Assembly: GCF_001194135.2 (NCBI RefSeq)
Contig: NC_068993.1
Coordinates: forward strand, 55,825,335 to 55,889,334
DNA length: 64,000 bases
From: Octopus bimaculoides
Taxonomy: Eukaryota
Direction of reading: 5' to 3'
Part shown: positions 13,151-26,735 of the stretch, piece after piece
How positions within the stretch are numbered: position 1 is the stretch's first letter
How the letters are laid out: every line of letters begins with the position of its first letter
The notes under the pieces: generated by a model
Seen by the model: only the letters and a program-made list of their open reading frames with translations
Databases searched by the model: none
Told to the model about the DNA's origin: nothing
Translations under genes and position numbers: made by a program

Positions 13151-13469
13151 ATTTAGAATGTTTCTGTTAAGTAAAACGTTTAAATTCTCTAAACAGTATG
13201 GGGGATAATAATGTTTCTATATCGAGAGGTGATCATCATTACAGCTATTATAGGTATTGCTTTTCAAACCTGTATTTTGCAAGGATTATGATGCAAGCTT
13301 TAACTTAGATGTGAAATATTCTGTTTGATGATGATGATGATGATGACGGTGATGGTGAAGATGATAATGGAAGTTGCAGCTTGCTCTGTATCATTGTGGT
13401 TAGAACTTTGCAGGAATTTTCAGGAATGTAATCTTCCATATGCACTACTACTACTGATTTTCACATTGT

Positions 13470-13892
13470 GGCACATGGCCAGAAATTTTGAAGAGAGGGG
13501 CGTTTAGTTGATTACATCAAAGGCAGTACTCAACTGGTACTTATTTTATCGACCCTGAAAGGATGAAAGTCGACCGACCTCAGTGGAATTTGAACTTTGA
13601 ATGTTAAGAGCCAGAAGGAATGCTGCTAAGCATTTTGTCCAACTAGCTAACAACTCTACTAGCATTCTGTTTTAATAAAAATAATAATCCTTTCTATTAT
13701 GGGCACTGAAATTTTGGGGGAGGGGGCCAGTCGATTAGATTGACCCGAGTACACAACTGGTACTTAATTTATTGACCCCGAAAGGATGAAAGGCAAAGTT
13801 GATCTCAGCGGAATTTGAATTCAGAACATAGCAGCAGACAAAATGCCGCTAAGCATTTTACCCGGTGTGCTAATGATTCTACCAGCTCACCG

Positions 13893-13936
<44 letters not shown>

Positions 13937-16050
13937 GTGATTATAATGGTGTAAAGTTTTGGCACAAGGCTAGCAATTTTAGGAGTGCAGCTAAGTCATT
14001 GACCCTAATGCTCTTATTTTATGAACACCAAAAGGATGAAAGACAAAGTCAACCTCTGCAGGATTTGAACTGGAAAACACAAAGAGATGGTGCAGTTGCT
14101 GCAAAGGCATTTGTCTGATGTGCTTATAGTAATGCAAAGTAAAGGGAAGATTTATTTTCAATTAAATACCTTGTTGTATTTCAACATTGTCATCATCATT
14201 GCCGACATCATCATCATCATCATCATCATTGTCATGATTAATTAGTAAAAGAACAGTCATCCATACTTCCTCTTACACAACTTAAATGTAGTTTGTCAAA
14301 ACATTATTCAGTTCTTGTAACTTATTCACAGAAACCTCTTTATGAAGTGTGTGTGTGTGTGTGTGAGATAGAGAGAGAGAGAATTCCTGTATACCTTCCT
14401 GGCATTTTTACTTTCTCTTCTGAAAAAGCTGTTAATGTTAAAATGTAAATAACATAGTTTAGTGTGGCATTTTTATCATAATAAACATGGTGGTTACCAT
14501 TTAGAAATATTTTAGCTGCACACGATAATGCTAACTGCTTAAGTATGGAACCTTAGAATTATTGGGGGAGAAAGGAAATGACAGTAATAATAATAATGGC
14601 GGTGGTGATGATGATGATTTAATTAGTAAGTGATAAATATTTTGCCAAGAGATTGAATGTAATGCTTTCAGTGGAGTATGAATTCTTGGTTCTTGTAGAG
14701 AAATACAGGTAGCTAATTAAAATTGCTTCCTTCAATTGTAGCACCATGTAACATCGCTATCATCTCTATCCATTTATAATAATAATGGTAATAATAATAA
14801 TGATCCTTTCTACTAAAAGCACATGGTTTGAAATTTTGGGGGAGGGGACTAGTCAATTACATCGACCCCCTGTATTCAACTAGTACTTAATTTATCAACC
14901 CTGAAAGGATGAAAGACAAAGTCAACCTCACTGGAATTTGAACTCAGAATGTGAAGACAGACGAAATAATACTAATGGTTTTTTTCTAATTTTGGCACAA
15001 TTTTAAGGGTAATTATTAGTCAATTACACTGGCCCCAGTGCTCAAATGGTATTTATTTTATCGGCCTTGAACAGATGAAAGGCAAAGGTGACTTCGGCAG
15101 AATTTGAGCCCAGAATGTAACGATGGATGAAATGCCACTAAGCGTTTTGTTTGGCATGCTAACAATTTTGCCAGATCACTGCTTTAGATGATGACGATGA
15201 TGATGGTGATAATATAATAATAATAATGATGATTATTGTTGTTGTTAATGTTTCTAATATAGACACAAGGCCGGAAATTTGTGTGGAGAGTGTTACTTAA
15301 TTAGATTTACCAAGTACTTGACTGGTACTTTATTTTATTGACCCTGAAAGGGTGAAAGGTAAGGTCAACTTTACCCTTAAAATTACTGTATATAATTTAG
15401 ATACAAGGTCAGCAATTTTGAGAGGAGGAGCTAGTCAATTACATTGGACCCAGCACTTGACTGGTACTTTATTTTATTGACCCTGGAGGGATGAAAAGCA
15501 AGGCTCCAGCAAGGTTTGAAGTCAGAACATGAAGGGTCAGAACAAACACCATGAAGTATTTTGTCCAACACTGTAATGATTCTGTCAACCCACCACCCTC
15601 AAATTGTTTCTAAATTAAGCATAAAGCCAACAGTTTTGAAGCTTAGGGGTTTAGTTCATATCATAACTAGTTTATCAACTTTGATGAGATGAAAAGCAAA
15701 ATTGTCTTCAGCAGAACTTGAACCCAGAACTGTCAGGCATTTTTTGCCAGCTTGTCTTAATCATAACCATAGTAATAATAATTTTTGTTTTCGCTGCTTC
15801 TATAGGTGCAAGGCCTGAAATTTTGGGGGAGTGAGCTAGTCCATTGACCCCAGTGCTCAACTGCTACTTGTTTCTTTGACCCCAAAAGGATGGAAGGCAA
15901 AATCAGTCTGATGTTGCCTTACATCCATCCTTTCAGGGTTGATAAAATAAGTACCATTCATGTACTGGGGGTGATGTAATCAACTTACACCCCATTCCAT
16001 CAAAATTGCTGGTACCAAAAGTAGATAGAATTATTATTATTATTTATTTA
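13470..16050 (-). mobile_element. Cluster of about 8-9 copies or fragments of a tRNA-type SINE (family A), mostly minus strand
   Basis: Repeated core CTGGTACTTATTTTATCGACCC(C/T)GAAAGGATGAAAGGCAAAGTCGACCTC..GGAATTTGAACTCAG. Its reverse complement carries A-box and B-box-like motifs (GCTGGCAGAATCGTTAG, GAGTTCAAATTCC). Other copies: 22835-23030(+), 28620-28750(+), 29590-29800(-), 51695-51900(-), 59620-59755(+). Confidence 0.75.
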
Positions 16051-17782
16051 TTTTTTTAGTCTTGCAAGTATTTGGTGACCCTGTCGGTGCAGGTGCCACT
16101 TAAAAAGCACCCAGTTCACACTTAAAGTAGTTGGTGTTTGGAAGGGCATCCAACTGTAAAGACCTTGCCAAAACTGATCTCGCCTGTGCTTGTGCCATGT
16201 AAAAAGCATGAAGTCCACTCTGCTGCTAATGACCTAGTAACTGATTAAAATAAATCATTAAGGTTCTGACATAACACAAATATGGTGATTTCGAAGAAAT
16301 TGTTTACTACTAGTGTAAATACTTCTTTGTTTTTCTATGTCGTAAATTCAAATTTTACCAAGGTCAACTTAGTCTTTACCCCTCTCTTGGTTGGTCAACA
16401 AATACTATTAATACACTGCAGTTTGATTCAGTAGACTTTATACACTTTCTTTGCAGTAATTTGACCTCATGCTTAATAAAAAAAGATTATTTTATTATAA
16501 CCGGAAGAACTTCCTTATTTGTTTCTAATAAGGAAAGGCATGCACATCACAGCAACCTATATAGCTTTAAGATGCCATATTAATCTGTAATGAGTCATTA
16601 TTTGGTTTAATTTCACTTTTACGAAGCCATAAATGTGATTACAGTAAAAAACTGTTTTAAGATAATTATTTAAACATCGAAGAAAATTCAACAAACGAGA
16701 AAAAATCTACACTTTATGTAAAAATGGGAAAAAAATGAAAAACTTAGAGTAAAAACGAACAATAAAAAAAAGGCAAAGGAAGAAATTTCCCTTACTTCCT
16801 GTTAACCTTCACATGTAACAGTTAGCAGTAGTTGTATTTAGAATCGGTAAAAATATCTAGAAACTATGAATTATTTCTAAAAATGTTGCTTAACTTTCGC
16901 CAAGACTAGAACTTGTAACCATTAACAAATTCAACAGTTAAGAATTAATTCACACACACATTGACAACAACAACAACAACAAAACCCAACCAAACTTTCG
17001 ACAAAAAGGTATCTCCCCCCCCCTCCATGTTTTAACATTTATTTTTGTATCATTTCTTTCGGGGTGTGTGGAGATTAGAAGATTTATCTTTTTTCTCAAT
17101 TACTGTCAGAAAATGCATAACACCGATGCTAATGCACATATACATACTCCATTTTGTTACACACACACTCANNNNNNNNNNNNNNNNNNNNNNNNNNNNN
17201 NNNNNNNNNNNNNNNNNNNNNNNNNNNNNNNNNNNNNNNNNNNNNNNNNNNNNNNNNNNNNNNNNNNNNNNNNNNNNNNNNNNNNNNNNNNNNNNNNNNN
17301 NNNNNNNNNNNNNNNNNNNNNNNNNNNNNNNNNNNNNNNNNNNNNNNNNNNNNNNNNNNNNNNNNNNNNNNNNNNNNNNNNNNNNNNNNNNNNNNNNNNN
17401 NNNNNNNNNNNNNNNNNNNNNNNNNNNNNNNNNNNNNNNNNNNNNNNNNNNNNNNNNNNNNNNNNNNNNNNNNNNNNNNNNNNNNNNNNNNNNNNNNNNN
17501 NNNNNNNNNNNNNNNNNNNNNNNNNNNNNNNNNNNNNNNNNNNNNNNNNNNNNNNNNNNNNNNNNNNNNNNNNNNNNNNNNNNNNNNNNNNNNNNNNNNN
17601 NNNNNNNNNNNNNNNNNNNNNNNNNNNNNNNNNNNNNNNNNNNNNNNNNNNNNNNNNNNNNNNNNNNNNNNNNNNNNNNNNNNNNNNNNNNNNNNNNNNN
17701 NNNNNNNNNNNNNNNNNNNNNNNNNNNNNNNNNNNNNNNNNNNNNNNNNNNNNNNNNNNNNNNNNNNNNNNNNNNNNNNNNN

Positions 17783-17830
<48 letters not shown>

Positions 17831-18151
17831 CTAGATAGATAGATAAATGTGTGTACACACATGGGTTCCTATTTGTGTGTGTATATGTATGTATACATAT
17901 CCACACATACACACTCACATATATATATATGTGTGTGTGTGTGTGTATACGTGGCATTGTGCTGCGTTTGAAGCCTGATTTCCTGCACTGTTCCTCTGAA
18001 TAGTATTACTCTCTCTGTCCTTTCATGTGTTTCTGTGAGGACATTGCCCCATCTAACTGTAGTAGATATTTCACACTAGCTAGCTGCTGTCCCATTGAAC
18101 TACTTTGTCACTGCTATTTATTTTAGCACTGCACACACACACACACTCACA

Positions 18152-18186
<35 letters not shown>

Positions 18187-18454
18187 CAACCGACCAACCA
18201 ACAAAATATTTCTTGCCTGTTTCCTATTGCCATCACATCATATACATGCAGACATCCCACACTCACCCATTCTCTCACACTCACTCAATCTCTCTCTCTC
18301 TTTCTCCATATAATTGTTGAAGTGTTGGAATATAATTGTGTGTGTGTGTGTGAGCTACCACTTCATATCATTAGTGGTTGTACACTCTGTACAAATAATA
18401 GCACCAAAAGCCTTCTATCTATCAGATAACACAGGCAGGTTTTACTGTTCTCGT

Positions 18455-18800
18455 AGTGTTTGCTTCTTTTAGCTTCTAATTGTTTCAGTCATTAGACTAT
18501 GCTGGGGCATAGCGTTGAAGAATTTTTGGCCAAATGAATTGACCTCTAGTACTTATTCAATGTCTCTACTGCCAAACCGTTAAATTATGAAGACACCAAC
18601 ACACCAACACCAGTTGACAAACAGCAGTGGTGACAAACACAGATACACACACACACACACACACACACAGAACAGGTTTCTTTGTTTCCATCTACCGAAT
18701 CTACCCCCAATGCTTTGGTAGAAGACACTTGCTTAAGGTTAACATGGAATGGGACTTGAACCCTGAACCATGTGGTTGGACAGCAAACTTCTTACTACAG
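18455..18800 (-). mobile_element. tRNA-type SINE family D copy
   Basis: Shared TTTCAGTCATTAGACT...GGGACT(T)GAACCC.GAACCATGTGGTTGG...CAAACTTCTT. Similar copies at 36600-36900 and 41890-41990. Confidence 0.6.
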
Positions 18801-18813
18801 AGCCATCTCTGTA

Positions 18814-18852
<39 letters not shown>

Positions 18853-20004
18853 GTGCACGTATGGCGTTGTGGTTCAGAAGTTCAGTCTGTTACTATCTGG
18901 TTCTGGGTTCAATCCTACTGTACAGGAGCCTCTTTTGTATATGTGTATATATATCTGTGTGTGTGGGTGATTGTTTATGTCAAAAATGATACCTTATTAT
19001 TTTTTTACTATAAATAGAAGTTATCAGTCTGAAATAAGTACTTGGCTTCATATGAATGTCTAAAACTCTGGAAAGTGATGCCCCAGCATGACTACAGCCC
19101 AATACCTGAAATCAGTAAAAGATACTGCTCCTCCACCTCTCTCTCTCTCTCTCTTTCTAATCTCAAGTTGATATTACCAAGAACCAACATGCTAAATCTC
19201 ATCCATTTTAATCCATTTGAAAACCAACCATCCCATCATTTTATAGGCACTGTTACTGTCTTTTATCTTTAAAATTTTTACTTTGCTTTCATTTTCATAA
19301 GATGCAGCTAAATACTGGCAACATTTTGTAAAACTTTTGGAAGATTGCTTCTGAATAGTTAAGGGAAAAAATAGCAGGGCCTGTGACTTTTGTAGGTCCT
19401 TGCAGATTGGTAAGAATGACGCAAATAATGCCCATCCTGAATATTTGCAGGTTATACATGCTGAATAAACTTGGGTCACATCTGGTGTGCAAGTTCTCAG
19501 CAAAGTGGACTCTGCTAAAGATGCTAAAGTTTATGGACAAACATAAAAATTTAACCTGAAACTGACAAATAGACGTTTTTAAAAAGATTAAATAATAACT
19601 ATACTGTAGACCCCAAGGTTCAAAAACAGCAAAAAAAAAAAAAAAAAAAAAAGATAAAAATCCTCTTACCCTCCGAGGTCTCATCAATCACTTAATTCCA
19701 ACAGTTGTAATAGAACTGTATCAGTAACCAATTTGCAGAAGTGCACTGAAGATTTTTGATACCAAAAACTAAATCTAAAATAAATACCACAGCTTTATGT
19801 GTGTTCTTTAAATGTCTAAAATGGCTCTTCCACAGTGTAATTGCTTCGGTTTCAATATAATGGTTTGAGATCAAGTTGCTTGCCAACAACTGTGAAATAA
19901 ACTGTATTATTAACACTGCAGTTCTATGGCTTTCAAATTTGTTAAATTTAATCAATACAATGTTTCAAAATAACCTCAAGCACCTCTTTAATACACACAC
20001 GCAT

Positions 20005-20065
<61 letters not shown>

Positions 20066-20254
20066 CCTTGTCTTGTGAATGTATTTATTTGGTAATTGAA
20101 AATGAGCAGATCCGTACCGTACATGTGCACGTATGCGCATGTGTGTGTGTTTGTTTTTCATTTCTTGATGATTAGTGTTGGTTTGTTTGCATCTCTGAAT
20201 AATAGCAGTCGAGCAAAAAGAAAACTAAACATAAATGTAAGAACTGGAGCGGGG

Positions 20255-20580
20255 TTGATGCCAGTGCCTCCTGACTGACTCCTGTGCCAGTGGCATGTAA
20301 AAAACACCATTTGAGCATGGTCATTGCCAGTACCCCCTGACTGGCTCCCATGCCAGTGGCACGTAAAAAGCACCATTCCAGTGTGGTCAATGCCAGCGGC
20401 ACATAAAAAGCACCCACTACACTTGGAGTGGTTGGTGTTAGGAAGGGCATCCAGCTGTAGAAACCTTGCCAGATCAGATTGGAGCCTGGTGCAGCCTCCT
20501 TGCTTGCCAGTCCTCAATCAAACCGTCCAACCCATGCCAGTATGGAAAGCAGACGTTAAAAGATGATGATGATGATGATG
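20255..20580 (+). mobile_element. SINE-like repeat family B with RTE-type 3' tail ending in (GAT)n
   Basis: Internal tandem unit of about 65 bp (GCCAGT..CTGACTGGCTCC..TGCCAGTGGCACGTAAAAAGCACC), then AGGAAGGGCATCCAGCTGTAGAAAC...AACCCATGCCAGCATGGAAA...GATGATGAT. Copies: 11430-11580, 16080-16220, 23055-23390, 36945-37090, 58500-58640 (+); 23735-24020, 47320-47465 (-). Confidence 0.75.
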
Positions 20581-22548
20581 ACTCCCTTCTGACTTATATA
20601 TGACTCTCTATCCACACACACAAAGCTGCTAAACATTAGAACTCTCTTCTTTGTCTGTCACCACTGATCAGTTCATTTTATTTTGGTTTTAAATGTCAGC
20701 GAAATGTATATTTGTGATATTTTTGTATTTCTCCCTCTTCACTAGTGACACACCGGTGGCCTTCATGGCTTGCCTTTACATGAACTTCTACTGGAAAACT
20801 GCATATAATTGACTCTGCCTCTGGCTGACATTTTATTGTTTGTTGTTGCTATGGAGACAATATAGAACACCACCCTTTTAGGGAGCAGTAAACAAAGACA
20901 GTGCTTGTTGCTGGTTACAGAAATTGTTATGAAACTCAGTGGAAGGTCAATTGAGTTTGGTCAAACAACAGAGACTCAACATTATTTGTTTGATCTCTTC
21001 TGGAATAAATTAGAGACAATCGTTAGCAGTCAGCACTGATCTGTGTCAGGAGATGGCTGCACAATTAATGTATGAAGCTAATGAGAGTACAAGTTTCGCA
21101 TCTACCAAAAAAGGTGGGTTGTATGTATGAAGATTCTCTTCTTGAGTTGATGAAAGAGGTAGATCTAGGTATTTTTTATATCATTGAGAGGAGTTTCTCA
21201 GGTAAGACTTTCATGTCTTTCTTCAAGAATGCTTTGTTCTGAATAATCTGGAGTTAATGAGATGAGAAACTTGTTTGAGAACCTTGCAATCATGTCTTGA
21301 CCAGCTTGGCCTTGAGCTGTTGCTTTATTTTGTTGCATTCAGTCTCTGCTCTTGAGAGAAGGGCCTAAGTATATGGGATTTAATCTAATAGCAAAGCAGT
21401 ATTGTTAACAAAATCGACTAAGTGTTACCAGACCAACCATTCTAGACTTTCTTGGTGAAATTGTAAAGTTCAGTTTCTAATATCTAGGACTAAGTTATCT
21501 ATGTCCTTATTTTAAAAAAATAGTTGGGTTAGATTTAAGAAAGATTTAACAGCTCTGTCAGGCCAGATGATCACATAGTGGCCCCCCTCTAGTTGGCTTG
21601 AAACATGTTCTGTGAAGAGAAGAAAATGTAGTGTTTGATGAGTTGGATTGCTTTGTCAAGTTGCCTATTTTGTCATGCTGCAGCAATCTGTATCCATTTG
21701 TTATATACTCTTTAGAGTAGTAGATGTTGCACTGTAGCATTGTTTAACTCTGTCTTAATGGGAGAGCTAGAATGAAGGTGGGTCAAGTGAGTGTTTTAAG
21801 AGGAGCTGACCATTGAAGGGTTTCAAATTCAAATCAAGTGACATTGTATAGCCTTCATTCTTGGGGGACAATAACAACGACTAATAGTTACTAGGTGTTA
21901 CTGGAGACGGTGCTGGTGACTGTTGGGAGCAGTGAGGAAGTAGACACCCTTAAACACAAGTTCTGTAGTCATTAGAGGTGTACAGTGTATACCTTACATA
22001 TAAATTATGCATACATCCATACTTGCATGCATTTATACAATGAAAGCATATGTAAAATTCAACGATGATAATAATGATGGTGTGTGTGTGTGTTTGCACA
22101 CACTTCCAGTATATGCATGTCTGTGTAAACTAGTGTTGTCCCTTTATGTCAAATCAGTAACCTAGCCAGTCAATAAATAGAGATCAATAAAATACTAAAC
22201 AGAACTAAGTACTGGAGTGGATATGATTGGTTAAAAGCTTTCAAGATGCTGCTTCAGCAGGGTAGCAGCTCAGTAAGTCGTTTCCTGGGCTAGATTCATT
22301 CATTCATTCATTCATTAAGATGATTCTTTTTTTTTTCTAGTGTAAGATTAACTAAATAAAATTTCTACATTTACTACATCAAAGAATGTTAATACCCACT
22401 TTAATATATGTACAAATCAACAGTTGAGGGTTTTCATCTTTTGTTTTCAATTTCCAGTCTCACAAAACCATTATAAGTCATTCAGTGTCACGTCACTTTG
22501 TTATCTGCCTTAATCTTTTTAACTTGCAATCACTTAACCCATGCTTAG

Positions 22549-22606
<58 letters not shown>

Positions 22607-24909
22607 GTTGGGAGAAGGTGCAGATGGTGTATATTTTAACCCTTCTAAAATATGTTATTAAGCAGAGTTCAAAAGAACTACATATGATGAAGATTATTAT
22701 AATATAACCGAACAAATCCTCACCTAGTCTTGGAATTTAGAATGGCATTCCTAGGCTGCTTGCCAAAATTACTACCAGCTACACTTTTTCATTTTTGTAA
22801 TTCTTACATTATTATTATTATTATTATTATTAAGACTGAATTTGCAGAATTGTTAGCACATTGGACAAAATGCTTAACAGCATTTCTTCTGGTTCTTTAT
22901 GTTCTGAGTTCAAATCCCACTGAGGTCAACTTTGCCTGTCATCCTGGTTTCAATAAAGTACCAGTCAAGTATTTGGGTTGATGTAATCAACTTGCTCCAC
23001 CACCGTCACCATCAAAATTGCTGGCCTTGTGCCAAAATTAAAAAGAATAATTACCACCTGACTGGCACCCGTGCTGGTGGCACGTAAAAAACACATTCAA
23101 GCATGACCGATGCCAATGCCGCTGGACTGACTCCTGTGTTGGTGGCATGTAAAAAACACCATTCGAGTATGGTCGATGCCAGTGCCACCTGACTAGCCCC
23201 CATGCTGGTGGCATGTAAAAAGTACTCACTACAATCTCGGAGTGGTTGGCATTAGGAAGGGCATCCAGCTGTAGAAGTCTTGCCAAATAAAATTGGAGCC
23301 TGGTGCAGCCTCCTTGCTTGCCAGTCCTCAGTTAAACTGTCCAACCCATGCCAGCATGGAAAGTGGATGTCAAACGATGATGATGATGATTATTGGGATT
23401 GTTAGGATTGGCAAAATCATTGAAGTGTTGGACAAAATGCCTTGTGGTATTTAGTTACAACTTTTAATGACTTGAGTTCAAATCCTGCACCCTCTAGTGT
23501 TGCTTATATAAAATACCAGTCAAGTACTGGAGTTGATGGTATTAACTTCACTCCTCACCTCATCAAAATTGCTGGCTTCTTGCCTAAATTACAAGCAATC
23601 ATTATTAGGGTGGAGATTGGCAGAATTGTTAGAACTTTGGATAAACTACACTGTGATGTTTTTTCTAACTCTATACTCTGAGTTCAAATCCTGCCAAAGC
23701 TACTTCTGTATTTTGTTCTTCTAGAGTTCATCGTCATCATATGTCTGTTTTTCATGCTGACATGGGTTAAATGGTTTGACAGGAGCTGGCAAACTAGTGG
23801 GATGCACCAGACTCCAGGTGTCTGTCCTGGCATGGTTTCTATGGCTGAATATCCTTCCTAACGTCAACCGTTTTTCAGAGTGTACTGGGTTCCTTTTTAC
23901 ATGGCACCAGCACTGGCACTCCCTCGATGCTGCTGGCACGGGTGCTTATTATGTGGCACCAGCATGGATGCTTATTACGTCCTGCTGGCATGGGTGCTTT
24001 TAATGTGGCACCGGCACAGGGTTAATAAAGTAATGTAACTTTCAAGCACCAGTGTTGATTTAATTAAAAAAACATTTCTGCACAAATCCTGGCCTTCTGC
24101 CCAAATTTTTGTTTTAGTAGTTTCATATTTATTGCATGCTCACAGAGCACAGCTTTGTATTCCTTTGATACCTGCACTATTTAAAAAATTTTTTTTTTTA
24201 TTATATTTTGTTGTACTAGCAGTACTTTGTGTAATATGTGTGCAGTGCCTAGTCATACTATTTTCTGGATGTTGTGTATATTTTTGGTATGTTTTAGGTT
24301 CTGATTCATCTTTCTTTTATTTGTTCCAGTCTTTGGACTGGTTATCTGTATTTCCAGATCTTTAGACCTGAGTAATTGCCTCGTTTTCTGTAGAGATACA
24401 TTGTCTGTGGGGACAGATACTTTGATTAGGACGTATTTCCTCTCCCTGTGGTTTCTATTAACATTATCTTGCTCATTAGTCTTGATTTCCCTGTCTGTGG
24501 ATTGGCATGTCCCAGAATATATATATATGCACTTCAATTTTCTGATGGTATTTTGTTATTATTCTAGCATAACTCCCCATGTATTAAAGCCCCAACTCAC
24601 ACATTTTCTTTTCGTGCAGCCAGAACATGGTAAATTTTTTCTTCACAGTCCCCTCATATTCTGCAGTTACTTAATGCTTTCTGCATCATAACATATTGTT
24701 AAGGGCTTTTCTTAACTTTGTTTTAGCATGACCCCCTGTTACTCTATTTTAGCTTAGTTTTAAGCTTTTATGCAGTGTCTGTTGTTTCTTCTTTCCTGTT
24801 ACTCTTATTTCAATTTGTATTTGTTGCTTCCTTTGAAGACAGAAAATGGATTTTTGTTTTGTCTATGTTTTGTCTTAATTTACATTAGCTTGCCGTGAAG
24901 GCATGTGGC

Positions 24910-25110
24910 TTAACTCTTTCGTTACTGTATTTATTTTGAGATGCTCTGTGTTTCTTTCAATTGCTTTAAATATAACAAAGAATTTTGTAAAATAACTTGG
25001 TTATCATTCAACTAGTGTTAGGAACATAAATTGTAACTAAGGCTTGGTGGAAGATTTTAATTCAAAATTTATTTAAACAAGACATTTGTACAACAAATGC
25101 TAGGATGATA
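24910..25110. mobile_element. Truncated TTAA-type MITE-like repeat
   Basis: Begins TTAA-CTCTTTCGTTACTG and resembles an abundant octopus repeat I recognise. No matching right TIR seen. Confidence 0.35.
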
Positions 25111-25396
25111 TAAACACTTAACAGTTTGTCTTGCATAGCATAATAGCATATATTTGAATATTTAAATGAAAATACCTTTTGTTTTTTCTGTTTTAAAAGT
25201 TCTTAAATTATGTGACATTGAATTTTGTGGCTTTATTAATATTGTCGATAACTGCATTATGTTAATGAAAATTTTTTTTGAGAGGAAAAAGAAAAAAATT
25301 TTCTTTATATTCATATGTAGTTTGAATTGTGTGATTAGATCAATGAAAATAATTAATGCTTATTCATCATTATACTCATCTTTAAAGTGTCACCAT

Positions 25397-25435
<39 letters not shown>

Positions 25436-26419
25436 CACAGAATGCACCATTTAGTTGTTTGTCTTACATGACTATATTTACTGAAGTGAGGTTATATTAA
25501 CTCTTATTTAATGTTATCACCGATATGATGATTGTCATCACCACTATCACAAGTATAATCACCACCGTCTCCACTGGTATGACCATTATTATCAACATCA
25601 TCACCACCACCACCACTACTGCCAGCACCACTGCCTCTACTCTCCGCATCACCATCTCCGCTGCCACACTCATCATTCTCATTGCCACCATCACTATGAT
25701 TAATAATTTATTTTTATGAAAAACAGACTGTTATTTTCTATATCTTGTGCATATGTACATACACACTCACACACTCACATGCACATTTGTGCTTGCACAT
25801 ATCCACATATTATGTACGAAGTATGAGCAAGTTAATTTGTATGACATTTCATTCACCACCCTCGCCACATTAACGCAACTGGTGCATTGGTACCAATTGG
25901 TATTTATTTTTGACCTTCCTTTACTCTCGCAAATAGAGGCACTATTTAACCTTCAAGATCATAATAACGGTGATGGTAGTGACTGGTTTAACTGCTTCAA
26001 GTAAGAGCTGAATGTTTTCACTGGAGTGGTACTTGACTATTTAGGAGACTGATATGAGTAGACCTTCATGGAATGGTACCTGATTATTTAGCTAACTGAT
26101 TGCATAGAGCTTCAGTGGTGTGGTACTCGGTTGTTTTGGATAGAGACTGAATGTCGCTTTAGTGGGACTTTATCGCATTGGCAAATACTATAGAAATATA
26201 CTGATTAAGTGGGATTTAATCAGTTATTTTTAGTTTCTGTTGAAACTATGGCTAGCTTAATTATAATTATTTCAGATGTGCCTTGGTTCAAATCTGGTAT
26301 CTATAGGATATATTAATGGCATTGAGAGGCCCATGGCACAGCAGTAACCCCCTCAAAGAGGATTTTTGTAACTGAATGCTCTAGAAGTATGTTGTGCATC
26401 ATCAAGTAGGTTAAGCACA

Positions 26420-26735
26420 TGGCTTAGTGGTTAGGGTATCCAGTTCGCGATCATAGGGTTGTAAGTTTGATTCCCAGCAGCACATTGTATCCTTGAGCAA
26501 GACACTCCATTTCACATTGCTCCAGTCCTCTCAGCTGGCGAAAGTGAGTAGTACCTGTAATTCAAAGGGCCGGCCTTGTCACATTCTGTGTCATGCTGAA
26601 TCTTTCTGAGAACTGTGTTAAGTGTATGCATGTCTGTGGAGTACTCAGCCATTTGCATGTTAATTTCTCGAGCAGGCTGTTCTGTTGATAGGGATCAACT
26701 TGAACTCAACGTGGGCGTAACCAACAAAGTGCCTA
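26420..26735 (+). mobile_element. Near full-length tRNA-derived SINE (family C)
   Basis: A box TGGCTTAGTGGTTAGG, B box GTTTGATTCCC, conserved CCTTGAGCAAGACACT core. A minus-strand partial copy lies at 28438-28570. Confidence 0.75.

Noticed and set aside
17045-17957. ORFs of 130-270 aa here and at 7092-7557, 28846-29574, 32420-33090 and 39061-39729
   Set aside because: Their length comes from N-gap X residues.
20255-20420. Regular direct repeats of about 65 bp resembling a CRISPR array (also 23055-23230, 31981-32067)
   Set aside because: No unique spacers and no cas genes; these are internal tandem units of a eukaryotic dispersed repeat or minisatellite.
26420-26480. tRNA gene (also other A/B-box sites)
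   Set aside because: A and B boxes run into SINE body sequence; no complete cloverleaf identified.
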